From the human T2T-CHM13v2.0 reference genome, Homo sapiens: a DNA stretch of 64,000 nt. The translations under genes and the position numbers were made by a program. The DNA is taken from NCBI RefSeq assembly GCF_009914755.1, contig NC_060935.1; one strand, 5' to 3'. Below the pieces are notes generated by a model. It did no database searches. It saw only the letters and a list, made by a program, of their open reading frames with translations, and was not told the DNA's origin. Shown piece by piece: positions 1 through 13,867 of the stretch; position 1 is the stretch's first letter; each line of letters opens with the position of its first letter.

Positions 1-357
1 CCCAGCACCTCCAAATGTTCAACAACCTGGAAGCTCTCCAAGCCCCATCCTTTTGGGTCTTTATGGAGGCTTCATTATGTAGGCATGATTGATTACATCA
101 TTGGCCTTTGGTGATCAATTCAACCTTCAGCTCTTCTCCCCTCCAGGAGTTGGAGTGGGGTGGGAGGTAGGGCTGAACATTCCCATGGCAACCAGCCCCC
201 ATCCTGAGGCTATCCAGGAGACCCCAGCTAACCATTATCATTAGCATACAAAAAGACACTTATCACTTCAGAGATGCCAAGGGTTTTAGGAGCTGTATGC
301 CAGGAAATGGGACGAAGACCAAAATATATATTTCTTATTATAAAACATGATATCACA
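1..357 (-). mobile_element. MER21-like ERV solo LTR (truncated by window edge)
   Basis: Reverse complement of the right end reads TGTGATATC...ATAAGAAATATATATTTTGGTCTTCGTCCCATTTCCTGGCATACAGCTCCTAAAACCCTTGG, matching the MER21 LTR start. Confidence 0.75.
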
Positions 358-1662
358 GACACTAATTATTTTATGGCAGAAAATATACCATGGAAAATAA
401 GCTTGAAGATCTTTTCTTTTGAGTCAGATACATTTGGGTTTTTTTCCCCAGTGGTAAGCATATGTAGTTGACATATTGTGTTGCCTTTCACTGCATGCCT
501 CTGGCTTCATGTAGGACCCACGTGTGAAGCCTGTGAGTTTGATTGCACTGCAGGAGGACCCCCTAAAGCTACTGCTGCAAAATGCTCCTAGAGCAAAGGC
601 CCTTCAGGGTCCAGGTATGATAATTCTATAGCGTTTTCTTGGTCCTTGAGCTTTTTTTTGGTTCTGGATTGAATTGGGCATTTCATTTCTGGGATTCCTG
701 TGGATTTCACAATGGTGAGTGTGAAGCACAGCTTAAACAAAGATGTAAAAGGCTGTAGGGAAAAAGGAAAACTGAGAACACAAATACATTGCAAGGAGTC
801 CATAGCTGTGGGAGCAAGCAAGCAACACAGCTGCAAGGAGATGCTGCTGGGAGCAGCTGTTACTGTATTTTGAAGCACCACTTATTTTAATTGAAGGACA
901 ATTGGATAATAATATTGTGCAATAATGGTGCACCTTTGTGTGAGACCTCTGGAGACCTCCCCACGCATGATGTAATATGGCCCCATATAGTTAGAAGAAA
1001 GAGCCAGGTATAGCTGCCTTATTTTGCAAAACAAATGAAACTGGGTCTACATCTTGCAAGAATATTCTGAAAGAACCATTGCTCTAGGCCCCTGATGCAG
1101 CAGTGCAAATAAGAGTGACCATCTGGAGAAAATTGCTGTTGGGTGACTCTTCAGACTATCCAGGGCAAAAGTAGCCAGGAGAGCAGTCAGTTATGCATGT
1201 ATATTTTTCCCAAGGTAAATAGGTTAAAAGGGTAGGGTGGTGTCAGATATCCAGGCAAGTAAAGGTTCTTCTGAAAGCAACATAGAGCAAGGAACTCACA
1301 CCAAGAATGCAACATAGAAACATAGGACCACAGGATTTTCAGTATGCAAGATACCTTTAAGATGGTCTAGGTTAGGTCTAGTTCATTCCTCTTTTAGCTC
1401 TTTGAAGTCTATTTCTAAGGCAAAGTTTCCCCCAGCTATGGACTCCTTGCATATGCCTTGTCAGGGCAAGAAAGAGCCAACTGGGATTGAAGTAGAGAAA
1501 TTGAAATAGGCAATTAAATGGATGTGCTCAGGGAAGGGGTGAATGTAGGCAATTAGCTAGGTAGATCCTAAAAATCCAGTAGTTTAAAGTAGAACTCTTC
1601 CCTGACAAGGTGAATTCAAGACTATCTAGGGCAAAATAATTTCCTTTCTGACTTATTCTAGA

Positions 1663-1841
1663 CCAGTGCTCCTCAAATATTAATCTGCATATGAATCACT
1701 TGGGGGTTTTGTTAAAATGCAGATTCTGATTTACTGGGTCTGGAGTGGGTGCCAAGATTCTGCATTTTTATAGTGACCCTCTCTTTTGGTTCAATCACAC
1801 AGGTGACCATGGTACTGCTGGCTTGGAGACCACACTCTGAG
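1663..1841. mobile_element. MER5A hAT-Charlie DNA transposon relic
   Basis: CAGTGCTCCTCAAA...GAATCACTTGGGG...TTGTTAAAATGCAGATTCTGATT...GACCACACTCTGAG signature. Confidence 0.8.
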
Positions 1842-2069
1842 GGGCCAGAATAGAGGCAATTGCTCAGCTCTCCATTTTTGTGTTAAACGCATTTACACCC
1901 TCACTGATTGTTTGGTGTTACATTATCTTCTTTCAAGGAAAATTCATTTGCATGAGGTATTTTTAGCTACAAGGGTTCTCTTGATGAAGCATAAGTGAAT
2001 GTTTCTCTTTCTAGAGGAATGGCCATAGCTGGGAGGGGCATCCTCTGTGGTGGATGTGGAGCCATTTAC

Positions 2070-2230
2070 TAGTTGCCACCTACTGGTTGCATGACCTAGT
2101 ATGACCTTGGGCAGGTCACAACCTCTCTGGGCCTCAGGTCCTTCATAGATGAGAATGAGATGCATACACCTTGCTCCGTTTACTTCACAGGATGGTAGTG
2201 ACGATGTGAGACAATGGATGTGAAGCTGCT
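2070..2230 (+). mobile_element. MIR SINE fragment
   Basis: TGACCTTGGGCAGGTCACAACCTCTCTGGGCCTCAG core. Confidence 0.65.
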
Positions 2231-2629
2231 TCCCAGAGTAAAAATGTGTTCTTATCATCCTGTTATTTATGCCCAATATCCAAAGTCTACACCCTTTTTA
2301 ATTGACAGCACTTAGTAGATTTGTAATGTGTGATAGGGAGGTTAGGCATAATGGTTATAGCTGTGCTCTGGAATGCTTGCATATTTCCTTAATTTGACTC
2401 ATTTCTGCTTTGAAGGGGGAGAGGCGTGTCACCTCCTTATCCCAATCTCTGTATTTCTGACCCTTCTGAGATGGCAATGTCCCAGGCCATCAGGACCCAA
2501 ATCCTACATTTAAGGAGAGGACTGTGATTGTGTTGAAACATAATTATTGCACACGCTCTCATTTTCAAGTCCTAAAAAGCAGTTGGATGTTTTACACATG
2601 CGTTTTTCTGGTTACTTCCAAGTATTGAG

Positions 2630-2760
2630 TATGATTCCCATTTCAGAGATGAGGCAGCAGGGGCCTCAGAGAGTTTATGTAACTGGTTCAAGGCCACACA
2701 GTTGATCTACACTTCTGCAGAATTTCAAGTGTTGGTATGCCTGACTTCAAAGACTGCCTT
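2630..2760 (-). mobile_element. MIR SINE fragment
   Basis: ATTCCCATTTCAGAGATGAGG...TAACTGGTTCAAGGCCACACAG antisense core. Confidence 0.6.
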
Positions 2761-4129
2761 GATTTCATCATGAGAAGCTACCGTCCCTCTTCTTGCCCAA
2801 GGATTCTCACAGTGGAGTTCTTGTGAAGAACCTTAGCCTGAAGCCTTGCTTCAGATGGCCCTGTGGCAGGGCAGCGAGAGAGTGCTGGGGGCAAAGTGGC
2901 CTGGCTGCCTGATGATGCATGCCATATTTGAAGTGGTTCACCTCCATGTCACAGGGCATGGATATGGGAATAAGAGAGCAGGGTCTGACTTTTTCTGAGG
3001 GAGAAGTTATCAGTGACAGCAGGAGACCAGTCTCTCTACAGGGACGGTGCCCAGCTGTCACTAACAAAGGAAAGGAAAGCCACTATCAGGGAAGGGAGAG
3101 GTGACCTCCACCCATGTACTGAATCAAAAGAGACTGGAGAACAACTCAAGAGGAAGAGTTTCGGGAAATGCATGTAAATTGGATTCCCTAGGGAAGGCCA
3201 GTGCGGTCAGTGATAGTCTGGGTATTTATCTTCCCAACAGTGGTCTCCATCCTTGTCATGATATCTGTATTTGTTAGTCACACTGCATTAGTCTTACTCT
3301 TGCAGGCTTGCTTTGTGGGGTGTGTTTTATTCACAACAATCCTCAGAAGTGTTATTTCTATGATTTATTGCCCTTTGGTGTTTATGTTCCTCTCCCAGTT
3401 TTACCTTTCTTCAACCATTGTCTAACATTTTAGCATTTGACTTTCTGTATTTCTATAAGAAGAAATTTGTCTTCTTCTCATATTTATTTTACCATTTGTT
3501 TTGTTCTCCCAACATCTTTCGCTCTCAGAATTTATCTCTCTTATTTTGAAAATATGTCTCAGAATATGGTCTTTTTCTTTTCCCTACTTGCCCTTTATTT
3601 GTTTAATGTTTCACATCTTTTCTGTGCTTTGCTCCTAGCCTGGAGCTTGGGCTTTCGGAAGGGGCATTCTCTGGGGTGGAAAAAGCCTTGGCTGTTTCCA
3701 GCAGACACGGCTTTGGTGCAAGCTGCTTTATATCTCCACGCGCCTCAATTTTTCAATCCATACAAATGGGGGATATTAAAAGCCCAAGAGATAAACTGTG
3801 ATCTCTGCTTTGTCTCAGAATAGCTCTGATAGTTGCCAAGAATGAATATTTAGTTTGACGACAGTAAAAGGGACGTTCTTGCTAAGGATATAGTCTGTTT
3901 TTCATTTTTCTTATCAGCGTTAGAGGGAGGGCAGGTCTACTTGTGTCATGTTTCTGTAATTTTCTTTTTGACACATCTAGACTGCTACAGGTTCCTCAGC
4001 AGCAGCAACAGTTATAACATCAGCATTTTTGCAGCTTTTAATGAATATGCAAATATATGTGTCAGAATCACCGTTTTATCAAACATAATGATAATCCCAA
4101 TTAATGGACATTAACATTTGAATAGCTAC

Positions 4130-4312
4130 ATTATAGCTTACTAGGCACATTCATAGGTCTTTTCTCCTTTGATGCTCACAATAATCATGTTAGGATTATT
4201 ATCCCATTTACTAGGGTGAAACTGAGACTCAAGGAGATTAAGTAACAGCTAGTAAGTGGCAGAGCCAGAATCTGAACCAATTTCTTCTAATTCCCAGTTT
4301 TGTGTGCTTTCC
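4130..4312 (-). mobile_element. MIR SINE
   Basis: ATTATTATCCCATTT...GAAACTGAGACTCAAGGAG...GCTAGTAAGTGGCAGAGCCAGAATCTGAACC. Confidence 0.75.
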
Positions 4313-5989
4313 CGGTATAATGTTGCATCCACATTTATTTTTGTCTATAGCATTAGATATACTTTTGCAAATTACTTCTCATTCCTTGGGCTTTCTTATG
4401 TGGACTTCCTTGTCTGGTTTCACTTAGCCTAATTTTTTTCATCTATCTGTCCTCATCAGAGCCTCTTCCTCTAGGCCAGCAACTGTCACTAATGCGTGCC
4501 GGAATGGGTGGGTTGTGGTGGCTGCTGCTTTCTAACATCATTAATTTCCAATCTCTTTTCACACTCTCCACTGTAGAAAATGCTTCATCCTTTCCTGATC
4601 AACTCGAGTTGTCTCTGATGGCTGAGTGCGGGAAAGTTTCCAAGGAGAAGGTTAATAAAACATTCCCTTCTAAAACCAACCCCTTCCCTGCCCAATGACT
4701 AGCTCATAAAAGTTCAGCCTGACTTTATGGTGATAGTGGCTGCCCAGACCCAGCTTCCCTTTCTGCTCTGTGCCTTTAAGATTTCTCTGGGCTGGGACCT
4801 GAGCTTTCATAGGGATTGGTACTCTAAGAGACACCCTGCTGGTGTTTAATAAATATCAAACTGCTGCCCTGATATTCCTGAGCAATTGGAAGAGCCTGTG
4901 TGCTGTGATCAGACAGTTCCATCCTGGGTACGTTTTTAACACTTGAATTTCCTCTGGGGACAGCTGTTAGGGGACTTCCGTCATCACGCCAACTGGGGCA
5001 GTGATGTTCAAACTCCCAACACATCTGCCTAAATCTCTTGTCATTTCAGAGTGAACCTTGGCTGTGAATATCTCAGGCTGCTTTTGTTTTCCTAGTCGCA
5101 TGCTACAGCAAGCTCACAGGTTCACTGGCGCTCTGATGTGGCAGCTCACCACCCTCGTGGCTCACATCCCTCCCCACTGACCTCACAACCCAGCCTTTCT
5201 GAGGTGCCTAATGCAGCAATTTGCAGAGGAACTGTTGCATGACTTTCCCTTCTCCTTTCTTCTTGTGTACTCTCTCTGTACATCTTTTGTTCTCTCGCCA
5301 TGGCTCCCTTTTTCTGAGAAAGGGGAGAGAGATATAAATAAATTCATGCTGAACAAATAAAAACATATCCACACTTAATGTACTTTCGCTTACACCTACC
5401 AAAATTTTCTTCCTGAAATTCTTCCAAAGATATTGTTTTGCTCTTTTGCTCCAAGAGTCAGTGTCATATACTTTTCCTTATGTTATCCGTCATCTCCGTG
5501 TACTCACTATCCATCTCCAAGTCCAATTCAGAATTATCCCCTATGTGCACAGGACTCTCCATAGAAATGCTCTTCCTAGCATTTGTCTTTAGGCCAAAAT
5601 ACTTCTAAGCTTGTACTCCATTCTCTCTTCTTGCCTTCCTTTCTCTTTAGTTCACTTTTTTCCTTAGTTTCATTTATACACTTAGAATTTCCCTGGTTTT
5701 ATATATCAAAGATTATAATAAATGTAAAAATACTTTGTAAACTGCTGAATTCTGTATCAATATATAGGATTATAAAATCAATGTATTATTATATTCAAGG
5801 TACTTTGACCAGAAAGTACTTTCTTCTTTTCACAGCCTGGCTGCAAATATTACTCAAGAAAGACTCAGAGGACAGCTACATGCTCCTAACACTAGAAGGG
5901 GTTGATAGTCATCAAATTAGGTTGCAGATCATCACTGAATTATTATTGAGATTTTGCTGACCTGTTTTGTAAAGGAGTAATATTGCCTT

Positions 5990-6930
5990 CATTAATTGCT
6001 CCAATTAATGGCCTCTCTGGGTCCACAGTTTTTGCCATGTGAGTTGCCACTCTTCCCATCAAGGGGTGGAATCTATTTTCCATTCCTTGAATCTCAACTA
6101 ACCTTTGTGACTTACTTCAGCTAGTGGAATGTGGTGAAAACAATGGTGCGCTGTCTCTGAGTCTATGCCTCAGGAGGTCTTCCGTTCACTTTCTAGCTTC
6201 TTCACCTTCACTGTGATAAGATGCCTGCAGGAGCCTGACAGCAAGCCTGGGCTACCTTGCTAGAGCATGAGATACAGTCTGCAGGCATCTCATGTGAGAC
6301 ATGTGAGAGTGCCCAGTGGAGATCAGCAGAATCACATGAATGAGCTTAGGTGAGACTCTAAAAGAATTACCCACCTGATCATGTATATTAGGTTCTACAG
6401 AGAAATAGAACATATATATATATATTTATATATGTATCATTTATATATATATATATTATATATAAAAAACACACAGACACACACAAAAGTGATGTGGAGG
6501 AGAGAGAGAGAGATTTTGAGGAACTGGCTCATACAGTTGTAGGGGCTGACAAATTTGAAATCTGCAGGGTGGTTCAGCACATAGGAAATTCAGGCAGGGT
6601 TTCCATGTTGCAGTCCTGAAGCAGAATTCCTTTTTTTTTTGGAAAACCTCAGTCTTTGCTCTTAAGGCCTTCAACTGATTGAATGAGGCCCACCTGCATT
6701 ATGGAGGGTCTTTGCCTTTTCTTAAAAGCTACTGATTGTAGATTAAAATTGTGTCTAAAAAATATCTTCACAGTGACATCTAGACTGTTGTTGACTGAAA
6801 ACTGGGCAATGTAGCCTAGTCAAGCTAATGCATAAAATTAACCATCGCTCCATGTACCTGTGAACAGTGACAAAAGTTTATTTTTAAGTGCTGGATTTAT
6901 TATATTGCGTTATTGTGACAAAAGATATAC
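5990..6930 (+). mobile_element. MLT1 (G/H-like) MaLR LTR, split by an MLT2 insertion (pieces ~5990-6381 and ~6850-6930)
   Basis: CCCATCAAGGGGTGGAATCTATTTTCCATTCCTTGAATCT...CTTTGTGACTTACTT...GGAATGTGG motifs; LTR-like end resumes after 6850. Confidence 0.6.
6382..6849 (-). mobile_element. MLT2 (ERVL) solo LTR with internal (TA)n/(CA)n/(GA)n
   Basis: Ends CCTAGTCAAGCTAATGCATAAAATTAACCATC (antisense of the MLT2 start TGTGATGGTTAATTTTATG); contains CTTAAGGCCTTCAACTGATTGAATGAGGCCCAC. Confidence 0.8.
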
Positions 6931-7542
6931 TAAGCCAAAATGCCTCTTTACTTTTTATGACCTAATTTGATTCTCAATAAAACGCTGATCTCCACTGACA
7001 TGGTGAAGCGCAGAGTCCAGTGTCAGGCTGCACCCCTACCTGCGTTTAATCTGCTGGAATTCAGACATGCTAAAACTGACTCAGGGTGGGAGCTAATATT
7101 TGCTTATTTTACTTTCTATCAGAGAGGCCTGGCATCTGGAGGAATGTCACTCTGAGCTCCCAGCCCAGTAGACAATGCAGCAGCCACCAGCCTAGTTCAA
7201 TCGTATCTCCTCTTTCGTTGCCTTTCTGAGTATGAGAGCATGGAAGCAGTATTTTTTTTGATCTGCAGTACCTGATGCCTCCAATTTTTCCCTCAGTTTC
7301 CTTCTATCAAAATTAGCTTCTACACAAGACTGTTATCAGTCACTCACTTCTTATTATAACTGTTCTGTTTCTATTCCAAGGCATGGTTGCATCTCTAATC
7401 TGGATGGAAAAACTCTATTCCTTACAAAAAAATGCTCAGGCAATACATTTAGGTAAGGGAGATCTTTTTATGAAGGTAAGGGGAAAGGAGGCCTTCCATG
7501 ACTCCTGGAATCACCCACTGCTATGTATAAGCCATGAAGGGC

Positions 7543-8206
7543 AACTGCCTTTTGGCAATGTAAGGCTGGGTGCAGGGCTCTCACCTGTTGTTTATGATCT
7601 GAACATCATTTCCTCTTTTTGAGTTACTGAAATGAGTTCAACAGGAATGCTCAGAAGTCATCTTCCCTAGGAAGTTTTATCTAATTTTTCCCAGAGAACA
7701 AATCACTTCTTTTGCACTGTTGAGGAAGGCTTGTTTAATTCTATTTATTCTTGATTATTCTGTCTTGGGTTGTAGTTGTTTGCATCATTCCTGGTCTTCC
7801 ACTGGATGGTGAGCAAGTTAGGTGCAAGGATCTCTTCCCTCCCTCTCCTCCTTTTTCCTTCCTATTCATATATTAGAGAAAAAGCTTCTCCTGGTGCTGG
7901 GCTTGGCCTCAGGAATAAAGATAAAATACAGTCCTGAGTTTAAGGAGTTCAGTTGTTGTTGGGAAGAGCCTTGTACATTGGAAATTCCAATGCAATGTAA
8001 TGAGGGCAATGGTAGATACTGATTTGAGTTTTATCAGCTATGATAGCAAAATGCTTCAGCTCTGTATTGGGGCTTACCATAGGAAAGAAAAGAACACACC
8101 CTTTACACCATTGTAAAGCTTTTTCTTTCTTTTTTTTTCTTTATTTCTAACCAATAACTTTTGCGAATTAGAAAACAAAAACAAAAACAAATCTTTCTCT
8201 TACAGG
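7543..8206 (+). repeat. Left arm of ~650 bp inverted duplication (partner 9617-10251)
   Basis: Collinear reverse-complement match to 9617-10251, e.g. CTTCCACTGGATGGTGAGCAAGT vs ACTTGCTCACCATCCAGTGGAAG; about 88% identity by eye over a 112 bp sample. Confidence 0.95.
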
Positions 8207-8208
8207 CA

Positions 8209-8655
8209 TGTAGTGGAGGTCAATTGTCTTTTCTGCAGTTTGCCTCACTTCTCTTATGGAACTGCCATGAAACCCCATCCATGGGCAATGCTGCTATTGG
8301 ATCCCACTGATCACAGGGATGGTCATGTAACCTAAGTGGAGCCAGTTAGAATATTTCTCTGGGCCTTTCTTTTGAAATGTATTCAAGGAAAGAGATTATC
8401 TTACACTCTGACTGTAAAGATGAGAAGACGTAAGTCCTATAATTACCAGTCGCCTTGAGTTCAGCCTCATGGAGAAACACAGCATGAAGAATTGAAGGTG
8501 ACATTCACAAAGAAGCTAGTGAGGACAACAGCTGGGTCAGCATTCAGTCTTTGGCACGTTCTATCTGTGGTTTTATCATGTGCCAAAACCTTCCCTATGC
8601 TGCCTAAGCTTGTTATGTTGAATTCCTTGGGAAACACAAAACTTTGACTTATTCA
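8209..8655 (+). mobile_element. Old ERVL LTR (LTR16-like)
   Basis: GGATGGTCATGTAACCTAAGTGGAGCCAGTTAGAAT and GCCTAAGCTTGTT...GACT end resemble the LTR16 family. Confidence 0.5.
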
Positions 8656-9616
8656 TGCTCTGACTCAACAGTTTCACTCCAGCCCTACCAGTACCTCACT
8701 TCCCAAGAGTCCACCTCATACCTTGAGTGTCAGAGACATGGACCTTTTTTTCAGTTGAAAATGTGACAGGAATAAGTATTTTATATCTTTTTTATGAAGA
8801 CTTGAATTGTATCAAGCCTTGGATTTAATGGCATATTATGGAGTCTATGATAGAACATCATTTGGCTCTTTGATAATTTGTAAAACAATAGAATATGAGC
8901 AGGAACATTCTTGGATTTGGTTTGTGGAACATGAGAGAATTAGGCTTTGTAGCTTAGAAGATAAGTTCCTGAGAGCAGAGAAGCAGACACATCAATATAT
9001 TTGATTACCAGTAAACAGAGAAAGGAGAGCACAGGACATTTTTAGTTGACATTGAGGAGAAGGGAAAAGGAGAGAGCAGAACTTAAAAAAAAAGAAAATA
9101 TATGTTTAAATTATGATACAGCAGCCCCTCAAGTCAATTTCTGTAGTTTAACTGCCATTTCTTCTTCAGAATCATGAAGTAATTTATAATAACATAGGTG
9201 TCCTAGTTTGAGTATTAGATGTGATACATTTGAATTTATAATTGCATAAAAATTTTATTATTATCATCTCTAACCTCACAAAATTATTGAATTCTTACTG
9301 TTTGCTTAGTTCTATTTCATTTAGGGTCCTATATAAAGAAATACAAAACATGGGTTTTGCTGCCACATTTTTTCTAACATTATTGGAAAGACCAGACATT
9401 CACTAAAAAAGATAAAGAAAGTTGCAAGGCAACTTAAACTACACAGCAAAGAGATGTTATCTGCACAGGTGTTGAGAATACTGGTTCAGGGGAGCTCATG
9501 GAGGTGAAATTTGAAGAGTAGAGCCTTGCTAGTCAAAATACAAGAGGAACACTGGGTTAAAAAAGAAATGAAAAGGGAATTTAAAAAGTATTTTGAGATG
9601 AACAAAAATAAAAACA

Positions 9617-10251
9617 TACCTTAAGAAGAAAAGATTTTCTTTTAATTCACAAGAGTTGTGGGTTAGAATGAAAGAAAAAAATAAAGAATAAGCTTTATAA
9701 TAGTGTATTCTTTCCTTTCCTATAGTGAACCCCAATACAGAGATGAAGCACTTTGCTATAACAGCCAATAAAACTCAAATCAATATCTACTATATCCCTC
9801 ATCACCTTGCATTAGAATTTTCAGTGTACAAGACTCTCCCAACAACAATTGAACTCCTTAAACTCTGGACCCTATTGTGTCTTCATTCCTGAGGCCAAGC
9901 CCAGCACCAGCATACAGGAGACGAATTTTCTCTAATATATGAATAGGAAGGAAAATGGAGGAAAGGGAGGGAAGGGATCCTTGCACCCACTTGCTCACCA
10001 TCCAGTGGAAGCCCAGGCATGATGTAAAAAACTACAACTCAAGACAAAATACTCAGGGATAAACAGAGTTAAACAAGCCTTCCTCAACAGTGCAGAAGAA
10101 GGAAAAAATTAGATAAAACATCATACAGAAGATGACTTTTGAGCATTTTCACAGAACTCATTTCAGTAACTCAAAAAGAGATGATATTCAGATTATAAAA
10201 AATAGTAGGAGCACTGCACCAGAGCCTTAGATTGCTAAAGGGAAGCCAGTT
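9617..10251 (-). repeat. Right arm of inverted duplication, embedded in L1 ORF2
   Basis: Reverse complement of 7543-8206; L1 ORF2 sequence on both sides. Confidence 0.95.
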
Positions 10252-10478
10252 ATTTAAAAAACAAATAAATTGGAAGACCCTTAGCTAGACTAACTAAGAA
10301 AAAAAGATAGAAGGCAAATAAATAAAATCAGAAATGAAAGAGGAGGCATTTCCATAGATGCCACAGAAATGAAAAGAATCATTAGGGGTTATTTTGAATA
10401 ATTACATGCCAACATACTGGATAACATGGATGAAAGAAATAAATTCTTAGAAACGTGCAACCCGCCAAGAAGGAATTA

Positions 10479-10661
<183 letters not shown>

Positions 10662-11669
10662 TTATTGGGCAAACTTTCCAAGAAAGAAATGTCCAGTATC
10701 AGATGGCTTTGTGGCGGAATTTTACATAACATTGAAAGAAGAATTAATGCCAATTGTTCTTATACTCTTTAAAAAAATATTAGGACCAGGAATACTTCCA
10801 AACTAATTTAATGAGGCCAGCATCACCCCGATACCAATGCCAGATAAAGACAGAAGAAAGAAAGAAAACAAAAGCTTCAGGCCAATATCTCTGATAAACA
10901 TAGTTGTGAATATTCTCAAAAAATACTAGCCAACTAAATTTGACAATACATCAAAAAGTTATACACCATGATCAAGTGGGATATATTCTTAGAATGCAAG
11001 TTTGGTTTAAAATATATAGGTAAATGTGATAAAGGACATTAACAGAATAAGTTCAACATCCTTTCATAATAAAAATTCTCAACCAAATTTGTGTAGAATT
11101 TTTTTCAACACCATAAAAGCCATGTATGAAAGACTCCCAGATAATATAATCAATGGGGATAAACTGAAAGCTTTTTCTCAAAGATCTGGTAGAAGGCAAG
11201 GAGGCCCACCCACCTCACTTCTATTCTACCTAGCACTGGAAGTACTAGCAAGAGTAACTAGACAAGAAAAAGAAATAAAAGACACCCAAATAAGAAAGAA
11301 AGAAGTAAAATTATTTTTACTTTAGATGACATCATCCTATATGTAGAAGACTAAAGACTCCAAGATAAAAAAGCATCCCTACATGAACTAGTAAACAAAT
11401 TTAGTATATTTGCAGGATACAAAGTCAATATGCAAGAATTGGTTTTGTTTCTTTACAGCAATAACAATCTATGCAAAAAGGAAATCAAGAAAACAATTCC
11501 ATTTATGATAGCACCAAAATGAATAATATACTTAGCAATAAATTTAACCAAAGAAGTAAAAGATCTGCCACACTAGAAAATTAGAAAATGTTGATTGGTG
11601 AAATAAATTGAAAAAGGTATAAATAAATGGAAAGATATGTTCATGGATTGGAAAATTAATATTGTTTAA

Positions 11670-12046
<377 letters not shown>

Positions 12047-12399
12047 TAAAAAAAAGAATTCCAAAATTTACATGAAAACACAAAAGACCCTGAATAGCCA
12101 AAACAATCTTGAGAAAGATGAAAAAAGTCGGAGGCATCATATTTCCTCATTTCAAACAATATTGGGAAGCTATAGCAATCAATAGAGTGTGCTACTGGCA
12201 TAAAAATAGATATATAGACCAATGAAACAGAACAGAGAGCCTAGAAATAAATCCAGACATATATGGTCAACTAATTTTCAGTAAGGTCACCAAGAGTACA
12301 AAATAGGGAAAGAATAGTCTCTTCAATAAATGGTGCTGGGAAACTGCATAGAAAGAAAAATGTTGCCTGATTAGATTCCACATATAAGTGAGATCAGGC

Positions 12400-13867
12400 A
12401 TACATTATGCAGGTTTGCTATATAGCTAAATTTGTGTCAAGGGGTTTGTTTTACAGATTATTTCATCACCTAGGTATTAAGCCTAGTACTTATTAGTTAT
12501 TTCTCCTGATCCTCTCCTTCCTCCCATCCTTCATCTTCCAATAGGCCCCAGTGTGTGTTGTTCCCCTCTATGTGTCCATGTGTTCTCGTCATTTTGCTCT
12601 CACTTATATGTAAGAATATGTAGTATTTGGTTTCCTGTTCCTGCATTAGTTTGCTAAGAATAATGGCCTCCAGCTCCATCTATGTTCCTGCAAAGGACAT
12701 GACCTCATTAGGTTGATTCTATGTCTTTGCTATTGTAAATAGTATTTCAATGAACATATGCAAGCATGTGTCTTTGTAATAGAATAATTTACATTCTTTT
12801 GGGTATATACATAGTAATAAAATTACTGAGTCAAATGGTATTTTTGTTTTCAGGTCTTTGAGGAATCACCTCACTGTCTTCCACAGTGTCTGAACTAATT
12901 TACACTCCCACCAACAGTGTATAAGCATTCCTTTTTCTCCACAAGCTTGCCAGTGTTTGTTATTTTTTTACTTTTTAATAATGGTCATTCTGACTGGTGT
13001 GCGATGGTATCTCATTGTAGGTTTGATTTGCATTTTTCTAATGGCAAGTGGTGTTGAGCTTTTTTTTTTCATGATTGTTGGCCATGTGTATTTTTTTTTT
13101 GAAAAGTGTTGTTCATGTCCCTTGCCCACTTTTTAATGGAGTTGTATGCTTTTTTCTTGTAAATTTGTTTAAGTCCCTTATAGGTACTGGATATTAGACC
13201 TTTGTCAGATGCATAGTTTGCAAATATTTTCTCCCATTCTGTAGACTGCCTGTTCACTTGCTAGTTTGCTGTGCAGAAGCTCTTTAGTTTAATTAGATCC
13301 CATTTCTCAATTTTGGTTTTGGCATGTTTGTCATGAAATGTTCCCTCATTCCTATGTCCTGAATGTGTTGCCTAGGTTGTCTTTCGGGGTTTTTATAGTT
13401 TAAGGTTTCATATTTAACTCTTTAATCCATCTTGAATTTGTTTTTGTATATGGTGTAAGGAAGGGGTCCGGTTTCAATCTTCTGCATATGGCTAGCCACT
13501 TATCTCAACACCATTTATTGAATAGGGAATACTTTCCCCATTGCTTGATTTTTGTCAAGTTTGTCAAAGATCACATAGTTATAGGTGTGCAGCCTTATTT
13601 CTGGCTCTTCGTTCTGTTCCATTGGTCTATGTGTCTGTTTTTGTGCCAGCACCATGCTGTTTTGATTACTGTAGCCCTGTGGTGTAGTTTGAAATTGAGT
13701 AGCATGATGCCTTGAGCTTTGTTCTTTTTCCTTAGGATTGCCTTAGATATTAGGGCTCTCTTTTGGTTTTACATGAATTTTAAAATAGTTTTTCTAGTTC
13801 TGTGAAGAATCTCAATGGTAGTTTAATAGAAATAGCATTGAATTTGCAAATTGCTTTGGGCAGTATG
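12400..13867 (-). mobile_element. L1PA (L1PA13-15-like) 3' portion: ORF2 C-terminus plus 3'UTR
   Basis: ORF 13069-13257 [26 protein letters not shown] and ORF 12497-12679 MELEAIILSKL; antisense L1PA 3'UTR. Confidence 0.9.
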
